Positions 12,100-25,381 of a stretch of 60,000 nucleotides of DNA are shown here, in pieces. The stretch lies in assembly GCA_030390025.1 (NCBI GenBank), contig CM059432.1, positions 119,600,001-119,660,000 of the forward strand, written 5' to 3'. The notes under the pieces are model-generated. The model saw only the letters and a list, made by a program, of their open reading frames with translations. It searched no databases and was not told where the DNA came from. The DNA is from Squalus acanthias. Lineage: Eukaryota. A program made the position numbers and the translations under genes. Each line of letters begins with the position of its first letter. The stretch's first letter is position 1.

Positions 12100-12830
12100 G
12101 GCCAATCTGTGTGCAGTCGATGATGCCCTACATCTGGGAGAAGCATGCAATCCCAGCAAAGCCCAGAGTCCGGTCTTACTGCTTCGTAGCCTCCATGGGG
12201 AAGTATATGAAATTGTTGGCTCTGGCAAAGGGCGCATCCACCACCTGCTTCCTGCAGGCATGCACAGCGGATTGGCTGATGTTGCTAATGTTACCTACTA
12301 CAACCAGGAATGCCTCTGAGGCAGCAACATTCAGGGCCACAGTCACGTTCAGAGCCAGAGACAAGGACGAGTGTGCCCTGGCGTCGGGCTGCGTGGGTGA
12401 TAGCTCAGTGACAGCCTCCCTGGTAAAGTGGAGACTCCTCACACACTGCTCCTCGTTGAACTGCAGGTAATGAAGTTCTGTGCCTGTATTGCCTGGTGGG
12501 GTAAGGCCTTCTGTGAACTTGCCTCCTTCTGCCTCTTCTCCCTGCAGCTGCAGCTCTGAGGAATCTTGCCTGCTGCTCATCTCCATCCTCCTCTCCCAGC
12601 CACTAAGGTATCCCAATAACCAAGCTCATAATGATAACCACACGTTTTGCCAGAATCCCTTGGTCAAAAGTACAGTGCAGACTCAGGGACATAACTTTAT
12701 GGAGATTTGCAATGTCAGCTACAACAGCCAACACAGCCAAAACAGCAAAAGCAACACACCAGCAGTCAAAATGAACAATCCAGTGATTTACTCGCGAGCA
12801 GCGGATGATCCTTTTAAATAACATTGGAAA
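12100..12830 (-). pseudogene. Harbinger transposase N-terminal relic
   Basis: EEQCVRSLHFTREAVTEL..VTVALNV..ISNISQSAVHAC (ORF 12176-12616). Confidence 0.7.
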
Positions 12831-13411
12831 TGGCACCAGCCCGACATTTGTGTCTTTGTAGAACCGATGAATAGCTCGCTGAGCGGGTGTGTTGGATGCC
12901 TCTCGAGAAGCCCCATCAAAAAATGGCTTTGGGCGCACTTCAGTTGACAGAGTTCTGTGACAGCCGAGAATCCAGGGAGCTGCAGCTGCAAAGAGAAGAG
13001 ACGGCAGGAAGGCAGCTCACGGGGCATTCGACCACAAGACTGTACAGGCCCAGAAACTCATACCTGCAGTTCAGCAGCGAGGCTGTCACAGAGCCGTCAC
13101 CTGTTGCAGCACCAACTGCAGACCAGCGCCAGTGCATGTACGTTCTTGCCTGAGGCTGTTAAAGTGGCTCTGAACTTATATACCGCGGGGTCAGTCCAGG
13201 CTGTGGCAAGTGATAGCTGCAACATCAGCTACCAGCTGTGCAGGCCTGTATTCGCCAGCTAATGGTTGCACTCTTTGCCAAAGCCATGGCTTCATATCCT
13301 TCCCCATGGGAATCACAAAGCAGGAAGACAGGGCTCTTTGCCAGGATTGCAGGGTCCCCCCCCCGACACCCTCCCCCACCAGTGCAGGGTATCATCGACT
13401 GCACACTCATA

Positions 13412-15483
13412 GGCCGGAATTTTCCAGGGTGGTAGTGGGCGCGATCGGTGGCGGGTCGGGTGGGAAAGTTGTTATTTTTGACAACGGGTTGGGAACCCGC
13501 TGTCATCCCACCCCCATGCGCCTTTCCCCCGGTGCGTCTGTCATCGCGGAGCCGACCCGACCAGCAGAGGTGGGTGACCCAATTGAAATCATTATCAGAT
13601 AGTTTACAGGCACTTAAGAGCCTTTTTCCCCCTACATTTTAAATTTCCCTGCATGACCACGGGATTCACACAGCTCAGGAACCGTGTCTGTCAACCTGAG
13701 GTGGGAGTTCCGTGGCCATTGCTCCAGCTGATTACTTGACAGCATCAAGTGTACAGTAAAAGCTCCCACCTGACAGATGATCACTTTCCTCAGGCAGAAG
13801 TTATTGCTCAGTCCATTTCCAGCATAGATTCTGCCGGCTGCAAGTCTTTCCAGCAAAGTCTCCATCCAGTCTCATCTCATTGGAAGAACTCTCTCACCAT
13901 TGACAGAATGCTTCTGTCATTTCTACCTCACCTGCCATCTATTCCATCAACATGGGTGCTGTTTATACTGTCTCACCTTGGCCCTCAGAATCGGACCACG
14001 ATGAGCCCCAACACCAACAGCACCAGGCACACCAGCAGCACCAACAACAATACCAACCTTCTCTGCAATCACCTCAGGCTGCACAGGAGAGAGGGCATCA
14101 GCACCCGACCACATTGCTGCCCGAGTGGCCAGGGATGGCCTCATCATGGCCAGATTTAGTTAACTTTACGCTGTACACCCATATGGCTGCCACATGATGC
14201 GCCATGTTGGCACCACCCAACACCAACACCATAAAGCATCCCTACAATGACCAAGCCATTCCATTCACACTCATCACCATTGCAAGGAGTACCGTAATGC
14301 CTCACCATTCACTGGCACTCACTAAGCCACTTCCAAAGGTGCACATAAATCTGTCCAAGACCGGAAAGTGTTGAAAATAAGGAATTTTATGTTTGACAGC
14401 ACATTAATAGAAACTTTACATAAACATTGGATAAAACACCCAAGTGGCTACCCTTGTGTGTTGTTAGTTGGTATGATTGCACTAGGATGAGGGTGAGTGT
14501 GAGGGGTGGCTAGTGAGATGGGCATGTGCTAATGTAAATTGAGAGAGAGGGATTGTGTGGAGGTGCAAGGTATGTTGGTGTGAGTAAGGATGTGCAGGAG
14601 TAAGGATGGGCAGCACGGTGGCATAGTGGTTAGCACTGTTGCCTCACAGCACCAGGGACCCGGGTTCGAATCCGGCCGCGGGTGACTGTCTGTGTGGAGT
14701 TTGCACATTCTCCCCGTGTCTGCGTGGGTTTCCTCCGGGTTCTCCGGTTTCCTCCCACAGTCCAAAGATGTGCAGGTTAGGTTGATTTGGCTATGATAAA
14801 TTGACCCTTAGTGTTAGGGGGGATTAAATACGTGGGGTTACGGGGATAGGGTGGGATATGTTTCGGTGCAGGCTCGATGGGCCGAAATGGCCTCTATCTG
14901 CACTGTGGGGATTCTGTGAGTAGGGTAGGGAAGGCAGAGTGATGGGGATGTGATGAGATGCAAAGCAGGATGAAGTTGAGTGTGGCTTTGTACTAACGTT
15001 TCCTGATCTAATTAGATAATTGAAACATTTGGGGAACTGCACCCAGGTCCTCCTGATCACATCCCTGCTTGTGGCCTCCTGTGCAATCCACAACCAGGCT
15101 GTTTTGGTCTCCTGGGGAGATCTCTTCAGCCCATCGGAAGGGAAGAGGACCTCCCTGCGTGCTCTGACTCCCTCCATAAGCATATGGAGGGAGTCATCGG
15201 AGAACCTTGGTGCAGCCCTCTGCCTCTGTGCAGTCATAGTCAGTGTTTGCAGCACTCCAATGCTATAGTGCACTGACAGCATTATTTTAGAGATGAAACT
15301 TCAAATGTAATGTGGCCATGGTCCCTTTAAAGATCCTGGCTGAAAACGCATCATGAATGATGTCACCAGACCTGCTCCATCTCATTGGGCCAGGTAACGC
15401 GTAGGATGGAGCCAGCAGCGGGGTCGCGACCCGCCTTGGACATCAGCTGCACCGGACCTGCCAAGGTAAGCAAAATTCCAGCC
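13412..15483. mobile_element. Non-autonomous Harbinger nested in a Harbinger transposase
   Basis: TIRs ggccggaatttt / aaaattccagcc, TSD ATA; Myb exon-1 relic on - strand ~14990-15240 (RAAPRFSDDSL..AWLWIAQE). Confidence 0.85.
14608..14919 (+). mobile_element. HE1/V-SINE-type tRNA-derived SINE
   Basis: A box tggcatagtggttag, B box gggttcgaatcc, V-core ctgtgtggagtttgcacattctccccgtgtctgcgtgggtttcctccggg, CR1-like tail attctgtga. Confidence 0.9.
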
Positions 15484-15760
15484 ATAGCCTTGCATACTCC
15501 GGTGGAAGAGCCATGAGTCTACATGAATAGGAAGCCATTCCACTCGCTGAATGCCCAGCTGCGTATCCTGCAGGTCTGTGGCCAGTTTCCTGGTAGTTGG
15601 CAACCTGTGCCAGTAGCCCCTCTTGTTTTCACTCAGACCACTGGGTCAGATGCTGGCTGCTCGGGGACAAAGCCTATCTGTTCCAAACCTGGCAAATGAC
15701 ACTTTGCAGGAGCCTAAGCATAGATGAAGTACAATCAATGCCATGCCTCCACTTGAATGC

Positions 15761-17402
15761 TGTAAGGGGTGACCTGTGGCTCTGTGCTTAGCCTGGGTGC
15801 TAGTGCGGGGTTAGGCCTTGTTGCCTGTTCTGGTCTCCAGCCAGCCTGGTAACACTGGACACCTGTGAGTGGTTCGACCCACTCGCCCTTACGGTACTGA
15901 CACTGGACTTAGGTGCGAGAGCAATAATGCAGAGAAAACTCAGGTAGACCCGGTTGAATAGTGCAAAATGGAAATCATTATTGCATATTATTCAAGATTA
16001 CGAGATACACGTCATAAGCACAGATTAATGACAGTACAATCTTACACACAGTTATGAAACTAATTTTAGGGAAACGAGGAGCGCACGACACATCGTAAAA
16101 GGGGACACACATTATAATTATCCTTAAAACTTAAACCCTCCCCTATCAATACCTGTCCTAATCTAGACTTGTAGGATCGAGACTCATGCTCACCACTCGT
16201 GATAACTCGGAGAATTCCGAAACTCTGCTCGGATGTTTTTACCGCAGCACCTGACTATCCACGTGTTGATCAGGGGTCTCTGTACCCCACTTGTTTACTC
16301 GTTTCTGCTCCGGCTAGCAGGCTGGACCGTCTGCTGCCATGAAGATCTGCGTTGGTCTTCAGAGTTCGGACACCACTCGAAAAAGAGTCTTCCTGTGCCC
16401 TACACCAGTTGCCTGTAGAACTCGAAGAATAGTCTTCTCGGGCCAGTTGTGAAGAAGTCGGTAGAATTCAAAGAAGTGTTTAATCGACTTACAGGCGCGG
16501 TCGGGGCTTACTGACCGTGGCGATACGTATTGTCGTCTTCTTCTCTTCTCATCTCATCTCATCTCATCTCATCTCATCTTCTCTCGGGCCTTCGGTTCCA
16601 ACACCGTTTACCGACTCCTCGGGATGGTGCGCCCGCCTCCAGGCCTCACAGCCCAGTTCTCCACAGATCTTTGCGGCAAGCCACGAGGTTGATCCTAGCG
16701 GATCAGAGTCCAGAGCCGTCAGGCAAGAGAATAAAAGTTCAGCAGTCTCCCAGCGAGTCAAAGCAGCAAGAGAAAGATGGACGGTTGTACTTTACAGTTA
16801 TAGTGCTGTAATTCCTCTTTTCCCGCCCAATCTTAATGTCTATCTTTTGTCAGGGTTTTGGCGCTCAAACTTCTTGTATGGGGTGATCTCAGTCTTTAAT
16901 GGGTTTCGGTGACACTTGTAACTGTCTGAGTACCCGTTAATATTTCTCCCATTGTGGAACCGGCTAGTAGTTTCCCTGGAGGGGTTTTGGGGCTTCCAAA
17001 TGCTTGCTGTGAGTACCCGCGAACGGCTCTCTCATCGTAGAGTCGTGGGGATTTTGCATATTAATGTTTTTGGATGGGTCCTTGATCGCTCAGTACAATA
17101 GCCCTTGTTTGCACCTGGGAGACCGATTTCAGTATTCATGTTTTAAAGTGTAAACCCATCGCGTCTTGTCATTATCTCATCATGTTGGATCTTTTCGATC
17201 TTGCACAAATGTTTATTGGAACGCCATCTTGTCTGCCCACTGAAAGTCTCGAACTTTCTGCCACGAGGCGTGGCGGCCATTTTACAGGCTGTTTGTGTCC
17301 GTTTTGAAACCTGACAGCATTCTGCTGAAATAAAGCTGTTTATACGAAACTTTATGTCTCCTGCTTATTTTATAAAATCGCGATAATTTTGCGAATTCTA
17401 CA
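15761..17402 (-). mobile_element. Solo LTR (1642 bp), diverged subfamily of the same long-LTR family
   Basis: TGTAAG..CTACA termini, TSD ATGC; colinear with 9909-11623; internal (ctcat)n at ~16547-16577. Confidence 0.9.
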
Positions 17403-20003
17403 ATGCTGATAGGACATAACATACGCCTTCTGAAGAAATTTCTTCTGTTGCCTAGATATGTCCAGAATCTCCAGTATCATTATTGTCTGCTGAATGCTGC
17501 ACAACTTTGACATCCAGAGGAGCCAACGCGTGGAGGAAGACATGGAGGCAGAGGAGCATGAGCGTCAGGAAGACACTGAGGAAGATGAGGGACAGCAAGG
17601 CCCACCTATCCTGCCAGCTGCAACTGCTCTTCAACAGAAGCTCAACGAGTAGTGCTTCAGCTGAAAACTTCCTATTCCGCTGCACAGACAGTCCCTCCGA
17701 ACATCAGTCCCAGTCCTTCCACCATCCTTAGGACTGCACACAACACAAACACACGCATGGGGCTTTCAAACAAAACACATTGCCTGGTCATCAATTAGTC
17801 ACCAAACAAACTCTGTGCAACAAGAATTTAGAAAAGGAATGTGATTTACAGTGATTTTTACAACTTCCATTAACTACTGATCACCCTGATGCAACCCTCT
17901 AATGCCTATTGTAAGTGCTCTTCGACCTACTCTAGTGCTTCTACGAGGTATTCCCTGAGCGGCTTCAGTTTGGGAGGTAGAAGATTGCTGGGCCTCCAAT
18001 GAGGGCACTTGAGATAGCTGTGGCCAGCGACCTCAAGCTGCAGGGATGTGGAAGGACCCAGCTGCAGACTGTGGCACCTTGGCTGTTGCTGGGCAGTCTG
18101 GTCCAGCTGGCTTTGCTCCACCAGGACCAGCACTGGATGAGGGGCTGGCAGGGGAGCAGCATGTGCTTCTCCAATGGTGCTACTGCCACTCTCATGGGAT
18201 GGCACCTTAGCACTCTCACTGATCTGAGGGAGAGAAAGCTGTTGGAGTTTTTTGACATTGGAAGCCCCTATCCATGCTTTGCTTCAAGCTTAGTAAGCTG
18301 GAAGTAACGGCAGAGCGCAGATCCTGTATAGCCTCAATATGTGCATTCCTGAGAAATGCTGCCACTTGTGCCAGAGACTTCTGGCTAGCGGGCCCACCTG
18401 TAGTATGCATACAGGTGACTATATGCTCCATGGTAGACTGGAATGACTTGATGCCATGCGTGAGTGCTACACACCAGTTGGAAGTAGACTCCTCCGCACT
18501 GTGGAACATGTTGCGTAGCCCCCCCTGTCAGACAATCCACTACAATACACAGCTTCTGGGGCACAGCTAATTTTCATCTTTTGAAGGATGGGCCCTGGAA
18601 GTCCTCAACTCTGTCCTCTTCGGCAGGGCTAGGAGGTGAGATCAGCCTCTGGTGAATTGTGCCCTGAGTTGTCCTCTCCTCCTGTCCTTGCTCCTGGACA
18701 CTTGTGCTTGGTGCACTACCCAGTCCTGACCCCTCCAAGTTACTATCTAAAGGTGCCAATTTTTGAGCTGGTACTGTCACGTGTAAGCATGACTGACAGT
18801 GCACCTTTAGGTGAAGATTCTTCCTCTACTGTCAATGGTCCTGGGACTTTGGCTGGACCTGGAACAAGGGGCTTAGAGAAAATAGATAGTAGCTAGAGGC
18901 AATGTTATATCATTGCAAAAAAGGGGTGGCTCAATGCAGCGGCAGACTGGCATGCAGATTGAGTGAGGGAGATTGTTAAATGATGAGGAATGGATGTGGC
19001 ACACCTCCTTCTGCCTCACCGTCTGCAACTGCTCTGGCTCGCCCTCTGCCAAATTGCAAGTGTGTCCCACAGCATATTACAATTGAGCTTTATCTCAACT
19101 TTCAGGAGCTGGCTAAAACCAGAACACTATTTACTTTTGGACAAATATATTTTTAAAGTTGAACTTACCTTCTGTAATGTATTAAAAACAATCAAGGGAT
19201 GGAGTTTGAAAACCATACCAACATAAAGAAATACCTACACAGATCATTTCGGAACGAATCTTTCACAAAATATGTAACTGCCCCCCAGCACACGTGTGCA
19301 CACATAGCATTCAGATTGCAAGACATAAGCAAATACAGAGTGCGCCCTTAGGCTCTAAATAAAATGAAGAAAAAGCAAAACAATTCTTCTTCACTGTACT
19401 ATCACAGTAAATCGAGTAACTATAACATCATCAGCATTCATGCAAAGCCTGCTAGGCATGACTCAGGACTTAATCTGGGAGTTCTAATCTATTAACCAAA
19501 GGTTTCTGGCCCTCACTATCTACCAAACAAATCTGAACAATAAAAAGGCGACTTTACTACAAGAATCAAACAAAATACAGCTGCATAAAGTGGCAGACAT
19601 CTGGAAAGGTGTATGCCCTGTCTGCAATTTTTGATTGCATCCTCCGCCTTAACAGTATTGACTAAGATATACTTGGTCTCTGAGGCTAGAATGCAAACAA
19701 AAGTATGAGGACCTGAAAGTCCATCTTTGAAAATGATGTTTTCTGTAAATACACCTCAGGTTATGCTAATTTGTTTTGGTATAGTTTACTTATCTTAAAC
19801 CCTTAATTTTGTTGAGTAATTCAGTTGCAGAGGTGGTCCACTTTGTTACTGTGTTCTCCCAATGAAGCCAAATATGTGGGCAGAGTTCTGACAGGGTGGG
19901 ACTTCTATCCACACCTTCAGATCCACCCCTTTGGGGATCTTTAGATACTTGCAGTGGGATCCTGGCTGGATTTCCACCATCAAGAGATAGCCAGCCAGTG
20001 CAA

Positions 20004-20580
20004 AATCATAGAATCATAGAAACTTCCAGCACAGAAGGAGGCCATTCGGCCCATCTTGTCCATGCCAGAAGACAAAGAGCTATCCACCCTAATCCCACTT
20101 TCCAGCACTTGGTCCGTAGCCTTGTAGGTTAAGGCACTTCAAGCACATATCCAAGTACTTTTTAAATGTGATGAGGGTCTCTGCCTCTACCACCCTTTCA
20201 GGCAGAGAGTTCCAGACCCCCACCACCCTCTACGTGAAAAAAATTCTCCTCAAATCCCCTCTAAACCTCCAACCAATTACTTTAAATCTATGCCCCCTGG
20301 TTATTGACCCCTCTGCTAAGGGAAATAAGTCCTTCCTATGCACTCTATCTAGGCCCCTCATAATTTTATACACCTCAATTAGGTCTCCCCTCAGCCTCCT
20401 CTGTTCCAAAGAAAACAACCCCAGCCTATCCAATCTTTCCTCATAGCTAAAATTCCCCACATCCTCGTAAATCTCCTTTGCACCCTCTCTAGTGCAATCA
20501 CATCTTTCCTGTAATGTGGTGAGCAGAACTGCACGAAGTATTCTAGCTGCGGCCTAACTAGTGTTTTATACAGTTCAAGA
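20004..20580 (-). mobile_element. CR1 LINE 3' fragment
   Basis: (atcataga)n = reversed CR1 tail; LYKTLVRPQLEY..SYEERLDRLGLFSLE. Confidence 0.88.
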
Positions 20581-21720
20581 AGGGAATGCAATGGATGTTG
20601 TCCACATGGATTTTCAGAAGGCATTTGACAAAGTACCACATAGAAGGCTAGTTAACAAAATTGAGGCTCATGGAATAGGTGGGTCAGTGGCAGCTTGGAT
20701 AAGGAATTGGCTTCAGGACAGAAAACAGCGAGTTGTGATAAATGGCTATTTTTCAGACTGGAGGATGGTAGACAGTAATGTTCCCCAAGGGTCAGTGCTG
20801 GGGACACTGCTTTTTTTGATATATATATAAATGACCTGGATATTGGAATAGAGAGTAGAATTTCTAAATTTGCCCATGACACCAAACTTGGGGGTGTGGC
20901 AAACAGTGATGATGATACCAACCGACGACAACAGGACATAGAAAGGCTAGCAGAATGGGCAGACAAGTGGCAGATGGAATTTAATACAGAGAAGTGTGAG
21001 GTGATGCATTTTGGCAGAAGGAACAGGGAGAGGCAATATACACTTAATGGCATAGTTTTAAAAAGTGTGCAGGGACAGAGGGACCTGGGAGTTAATGTAC
21101 ATAGGTCCCTGAAGGTGGCAGGACATATTGAGAGAGTGGTTAACAAAGCATATGGGATCTTGGGCTTCATAAATAGAGGTATTGAGTACAAAAGTAGAGA
21201 AGTTATGCTGAACCTTTATAAAGTGCTGGTTAGGCCACAACTGGAGTATTGTGTCCAGTTCTGGTTACCACACATTAGGAAGGATGTGAAGGCCATTGAG
21301 AGGGTGCAGAGGAGATTTACCAGAATGGTTCCGGGGATGGGGGATCTTAGCTACAAGGACAGGTTGGAGAAGCTGGATTTGTTTTCATTCGAACAAAGGA
21401 AGTTGAGGGGTGATTTGATAGAGGTGTACAAGATTATGACAGGTTTGGATAGGCTAGACAGGGAAAGGCTGTTCCCACTAATTGATGGTACAAGGACTAG
21501 GGGACACAGATTTAAGGTTTTGGGCAAGAGATACAAGGGGGATGTGAGGAAAAGCTTTTTTATGCAGCGAGTGTTGATGACCTGGAATTCGCTGCTGATG
21601 GAAGTGGTGGTAGTGGTGGAGACACTCGATGTTTTCAAGGGGAGACTGGATAGGCAGTTGAGGGAAATAAACATGCAGGGCTACTGGGATAGAGCGGGGG
21701 AATGGGACTGACTGGATTGG
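20581..21720 (+). mobile_element. CR1 LINE ORF2 fragment (different subfamily)
   Basis: [31 protein letters not shown]; frameshift near 20820. Confidence 0.9.
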
Positions 21721-21828
21721 CACTGCACCTTCTACAGAGGATCTGGGACCTGTGTGAACAGAGCAAGCAATGTGTATCTCCATAACCAATCAGATTGAAG
21801 AATTGTTACTGAGCAGCGCAGACTCTGA

Positions 21829-22872
21829 GCAACAACAACAACTTGTATTTATATAGGGCCTTGAACGTAGTAAAGTGTCCCAGGGTGCTTCACAGGAGCG
21901 ATTATAAAACAAAATTTGACACCGAGCCACATAAGGAGTTATTAAGCGGATAAAAGAGTTAAGTCTAAAAATTGAGTCGCGCCCCCAGATGAGGAGCTAA
22001 CTTCATCGGGGCGATAATTTATTAAACTGGCACCCCCATGACGGAAATTGAGTGGTAGCACCCCAAGAGGGAAGAGGGGCGCTACTGGAAGTGCCCCACC
22101 ACCCTCTTGGGGCGCTGCTAGGGAATATCGCGGAGCTACGTGCCGCGATATTGCAGGCCTTCCACCCCTTTTCAAAGGGGAGGGGCCTTGTGCAGTGCAA
22201 CACGGGGCCCAGCTGGGCCCCCGGGGATCGGGAGTGCCGGCAAAAGAGCCCGGCACTGAAGAGAAGTGCCGGGCTCGTGGAGCGCAGCTGGCACTCTGCG
22301 GGGGGCAGGTAAGGAGGCCGGGGACGGGAGCGGAGGCAGGTGCTGGCAGGCGGCCAGCAACAAAAAAGGCTGCCGCGCACCTCGCCTTTAAATAGGGCTG
22401 CCCCGGCCGCAGGTAGGCCCCCCTGACCCCATCAGAAATAGCGTCCGGTGGTAAGTCAGGGGGCGCTTCCAAAGATCACGGCTGGGCTGCGTGCGGGGCG
22501 CCGTGCACGGCGATGATGTCATTGCCGGTGGCACAGTGCCACGGGGCGCTACCAGTTACCGCTGCCGCTAACCTCTCGCTGAATTTCACGGGAGGCGTAG
22601 GCGGTGCCGCACCCGGGCACTAGTTGCTTTGCGTCCCATTAGCGCCCTTTTAGGGCGCTAACGGGAGGCGCAAAGCAACCAAATTTTTCCCCCATAGGTT
22701 TTAAGGAGCATCTTAAAGGAGGAAAGAGTGGTAGAGAGGCAGAGACGTTTAGGGAGGGAAATCCAGTGTTTGGGCCTTGGCAGCTGAAGGCACGGGCACA
22801 AATGGTGGAGCAATAAAAATTGGGAATGCTCGAGAGGCCAGAATTAGAGGCACGCAGATGTCTCGGAGGGTT
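21829..22872 (-). mobile_element. L2 LINE 3' end, interrupted by a MITE
   Basis: (aac)n tail plus ttgtatttatatag; resembles reverse of 27900-28105. Confidence 0.65.
21963..22693. mobile_element. Harbinger MITE, left TIR degraded
   Basis: aaaattgagtcgcgcccc left end; right end cattagcgccc..ggcgctaacgggaggcgca..aaatttttccccc as at 6060-6116. Confidence 0.75.
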
Positions 22873-22894
22873 TTTAATTTTTTATATAAATTTG

Positions 22895-24672
22895 TTTATT
22901 AGATGTGGGCATCACTGGCAAGGGCAGCATTTATTGTCCATCGCTAATTGCCCTTGAGAAGGTGGTGGTGAGCTGCCTTCTTGAACCGCTGCAGTCCGTG
23001 TGGTGAAGGTACTCCCACAGTACTGTTAGGGAGGGAGTTCCAGGATTTTGACCCAGTGACCATGAAGGATCAGCGATACACTTCTAAGTCAGGATGGTGT
23101 GTGACTTGGAGGGGAACTTGGAGGTGATGGTGTTTCCATGCCCTTGTCCTTCTAGATGGAAGAGGTCGCAGGTTTGGGAGGTGCTACCGAAGAAGATTTG
23201 GCAAGTTGCTGCAGTGCATCTTGTAGATGGTACACACTGTAGCCACGGTATGCCGGTGGTGGAGGGAGTGAATGTTTAACGCAGTGGATGGGGAGCCAAT
23301 CAAGCGGGCTGCTTTGTCCTGGATGGTGTTGAGCTTCTTGAGTGTTGTTGGAGCTGCACTCATCCAGGCAAGTGGAGAGTATTCCATCACACTCCTGACT
23401 TGTGCCTTGTAGATAGTGGAAAGGCTTTGGGGAGTCAGGAGGTGAGACACTCGCCGCAGAATACCTAGCCTCTGACCTGCACTTGTTGCCACAGTATTTA
23501 TGTGGCTGGTACAGTTAAGTTTCTGGTGAATGGTGATCCCAGGATGTTGATGGTGGGAGATTCGGCGATGGTAATGCCATTGAATGTCAAGGGGTGTTGG
23601 TTAGATTCTCGCCTGTTGGAGATAGACATTGCCTGGCACTTCTGTGGCGCGAATGTTACCTGCCACTTATCAGCCCCAAGCCTGAACATCATCCAGGTCT
23701 TGTTGCATGCGGGCATGGACTGCTTCATTATCTGAGGAGTTGTGAATGGCACTGAACACTGTGCAGTCATCAGCGAACATCACCATTTCTGACCTTATGT
23801 TGGAGGGAAGGTCATTGATGAAGCAGCTGAAGATGGTTGGGCCTAGGACACTGCCCTGAGGAACTCCTGAAGCGATGTCCTGGGACTGTGATGATTGACC
23901 TTCAACCACGACAACCATCTTCCTTTGTGCTCGGCATGACTCCAGCCAGTGGAGCATTTTCCCCCTGATTCCCATTGACTTCAGTTTTACTAGGGCTCCT
24001 TGATGCCACACTCAGTCAAATGCTGCCTTGATGTCAAGAGCAGTCACTCTCACCTCACCTCTGGAATTCAGCTCCTTTGTCCATGTTTGGACCAAGGCTG
24101 TATTGAGATCGGGAGCTGAGTGGCCTTGGCGGAACCCAAACTGGGCATCAGTGAGCAGGTTATTGGTGAGTAAATGCCGCTTGATAGCACTGTCGACGAC
24201 ACCTTCCATCACTTTGCTGATGATTGAGAGTAGACTGATGGAGCGGTAATTGGCTGGATTGGATTTGTTCTGCTTCTTGTGGACAGGACATACCTGGGCA
24301 GTTTTCCACATTGTCAGATAGATGCCAGTGTTGTAGCTGTACTGGATCAGCTTGGCTAGAGGCGCGGCTAGTTTTGGATCACAAGTCTTCAGCACGATAG
24401 CGGGGATGTTGTCGGGGCCCATAGCCTTTGCTATATCCAGTGCGCTCAGCCGTTTCTTGATATCATGTGGAGTGAATCAAATTGGCTGAAGACTGGCTTC
24501 TTTGATGGTGGGGACCTCAGGAGTGGGCCGATATGGATCATCCACTCGGCACTTCTGGCTGAAGATGGTTGCAAACGCTTCAGCCTTGTCTTTTGCACTC
24601 ACATGCTGGGCTCCACCCGTTAGTTGTTTAATGGTCCACCCCCATTCACGACTGGATGTGGCAGGACTGCAG
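22895..24672 (-). mobile_element. CR1/L2-group LINE ORF2 fragment
   Basis: [47 protein letters not shown]; frameshifted. Confidence 0.88.
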
Positions 24673-25381
24673 AGCGTAGTAGGGCTGGAGGAGATTACAG
24701 AGATAGGGAGGGGCAAGGCCATGGAGGGATTTGAAAGCAAGGATGAAAATGTTTAAATCGAGGCATTGGTTAACCGGGAGCCAATGTAGGTCAGTGAGCA
24801 CAGGGGGGATGGGTGATTGGGACTTGCTGCGAGTTAGGACATGGGCAGCCGAGTTTTGGATTACCTCAATTTTACAAAGGGTAGAATGTGGGAGTTGGCC
24901 AGGAATTCTTTGGAATAGTCAAGTCTAGAGGTAACAAAGGCATGGATGAAGGTTTCAGCAGCAGATGAGTTAAGGCAGGGGCAGAGTCGGGCGATGTTCC
25001 GGAGATGGAAATAGGCGGTCTTAGTGATGGCACGGATATATGGTCGGAAGCTCATCTCGGGGTAAAATATGATACCAAGGTTGCGAACAGGCTGGTTCAG
25101 CCTCAGAGAGTTGCCAGGGAGAGGGATGGAGTCGGTGGCTAGGGAACGGAGTTTGTGGCGGGGACTGAAGACAATGGCTTCGGTCTTTCCAATATTTAGT
25201 TGGAGGAAATTTCTGCTCATCCAGTACTGGATGTCAGACAAGGAGTCTGACAATTTAGAGATAGATTGAGAGAGGTGGTGGTGAGGTAGAGCTGGCTGCC
25301 GTCAGCGTACATGTGGAAACTGACGCTCTGGTTTCGGATGATATCGCCGAGGGCCAGCATGTAGATGAGAAATAGGAGGAA
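24673..25381 (-). mobile_element. L2 LINE ORF2 fragment
   Basis: LSDIQYWMSRNFLQLNIGKTE..AYFHLRNIARL..FVTSRLDY. Confidence 0.85.

Larger units (their letters stand above)
12900..19090. mobile_element. Decayed Harbinger: transposase (+) 12900-13411, 15484-15760, 17403-17660 and Myb gene relic (-) ~17900-19090, carrying two nested insertions
   Basis: GIIDCTL|IALH restored across 13411/15484; WLLGDKAY at ~15655; CCTTL..acidic tail at ~17500. Confidence 0.7.

Noticed and set aside
14608..14680. tRNA gene (also 52640-52711, 58150-58211)
   Set aside because: A/B boxes run straight into SINE cores
20004..21720. Twin-primed (5'-inverted) single CR1
   Set aside because: Both arms cover the same ORF2 region, differ in sequence, and the inverted arm carries the 3' tail: two elements
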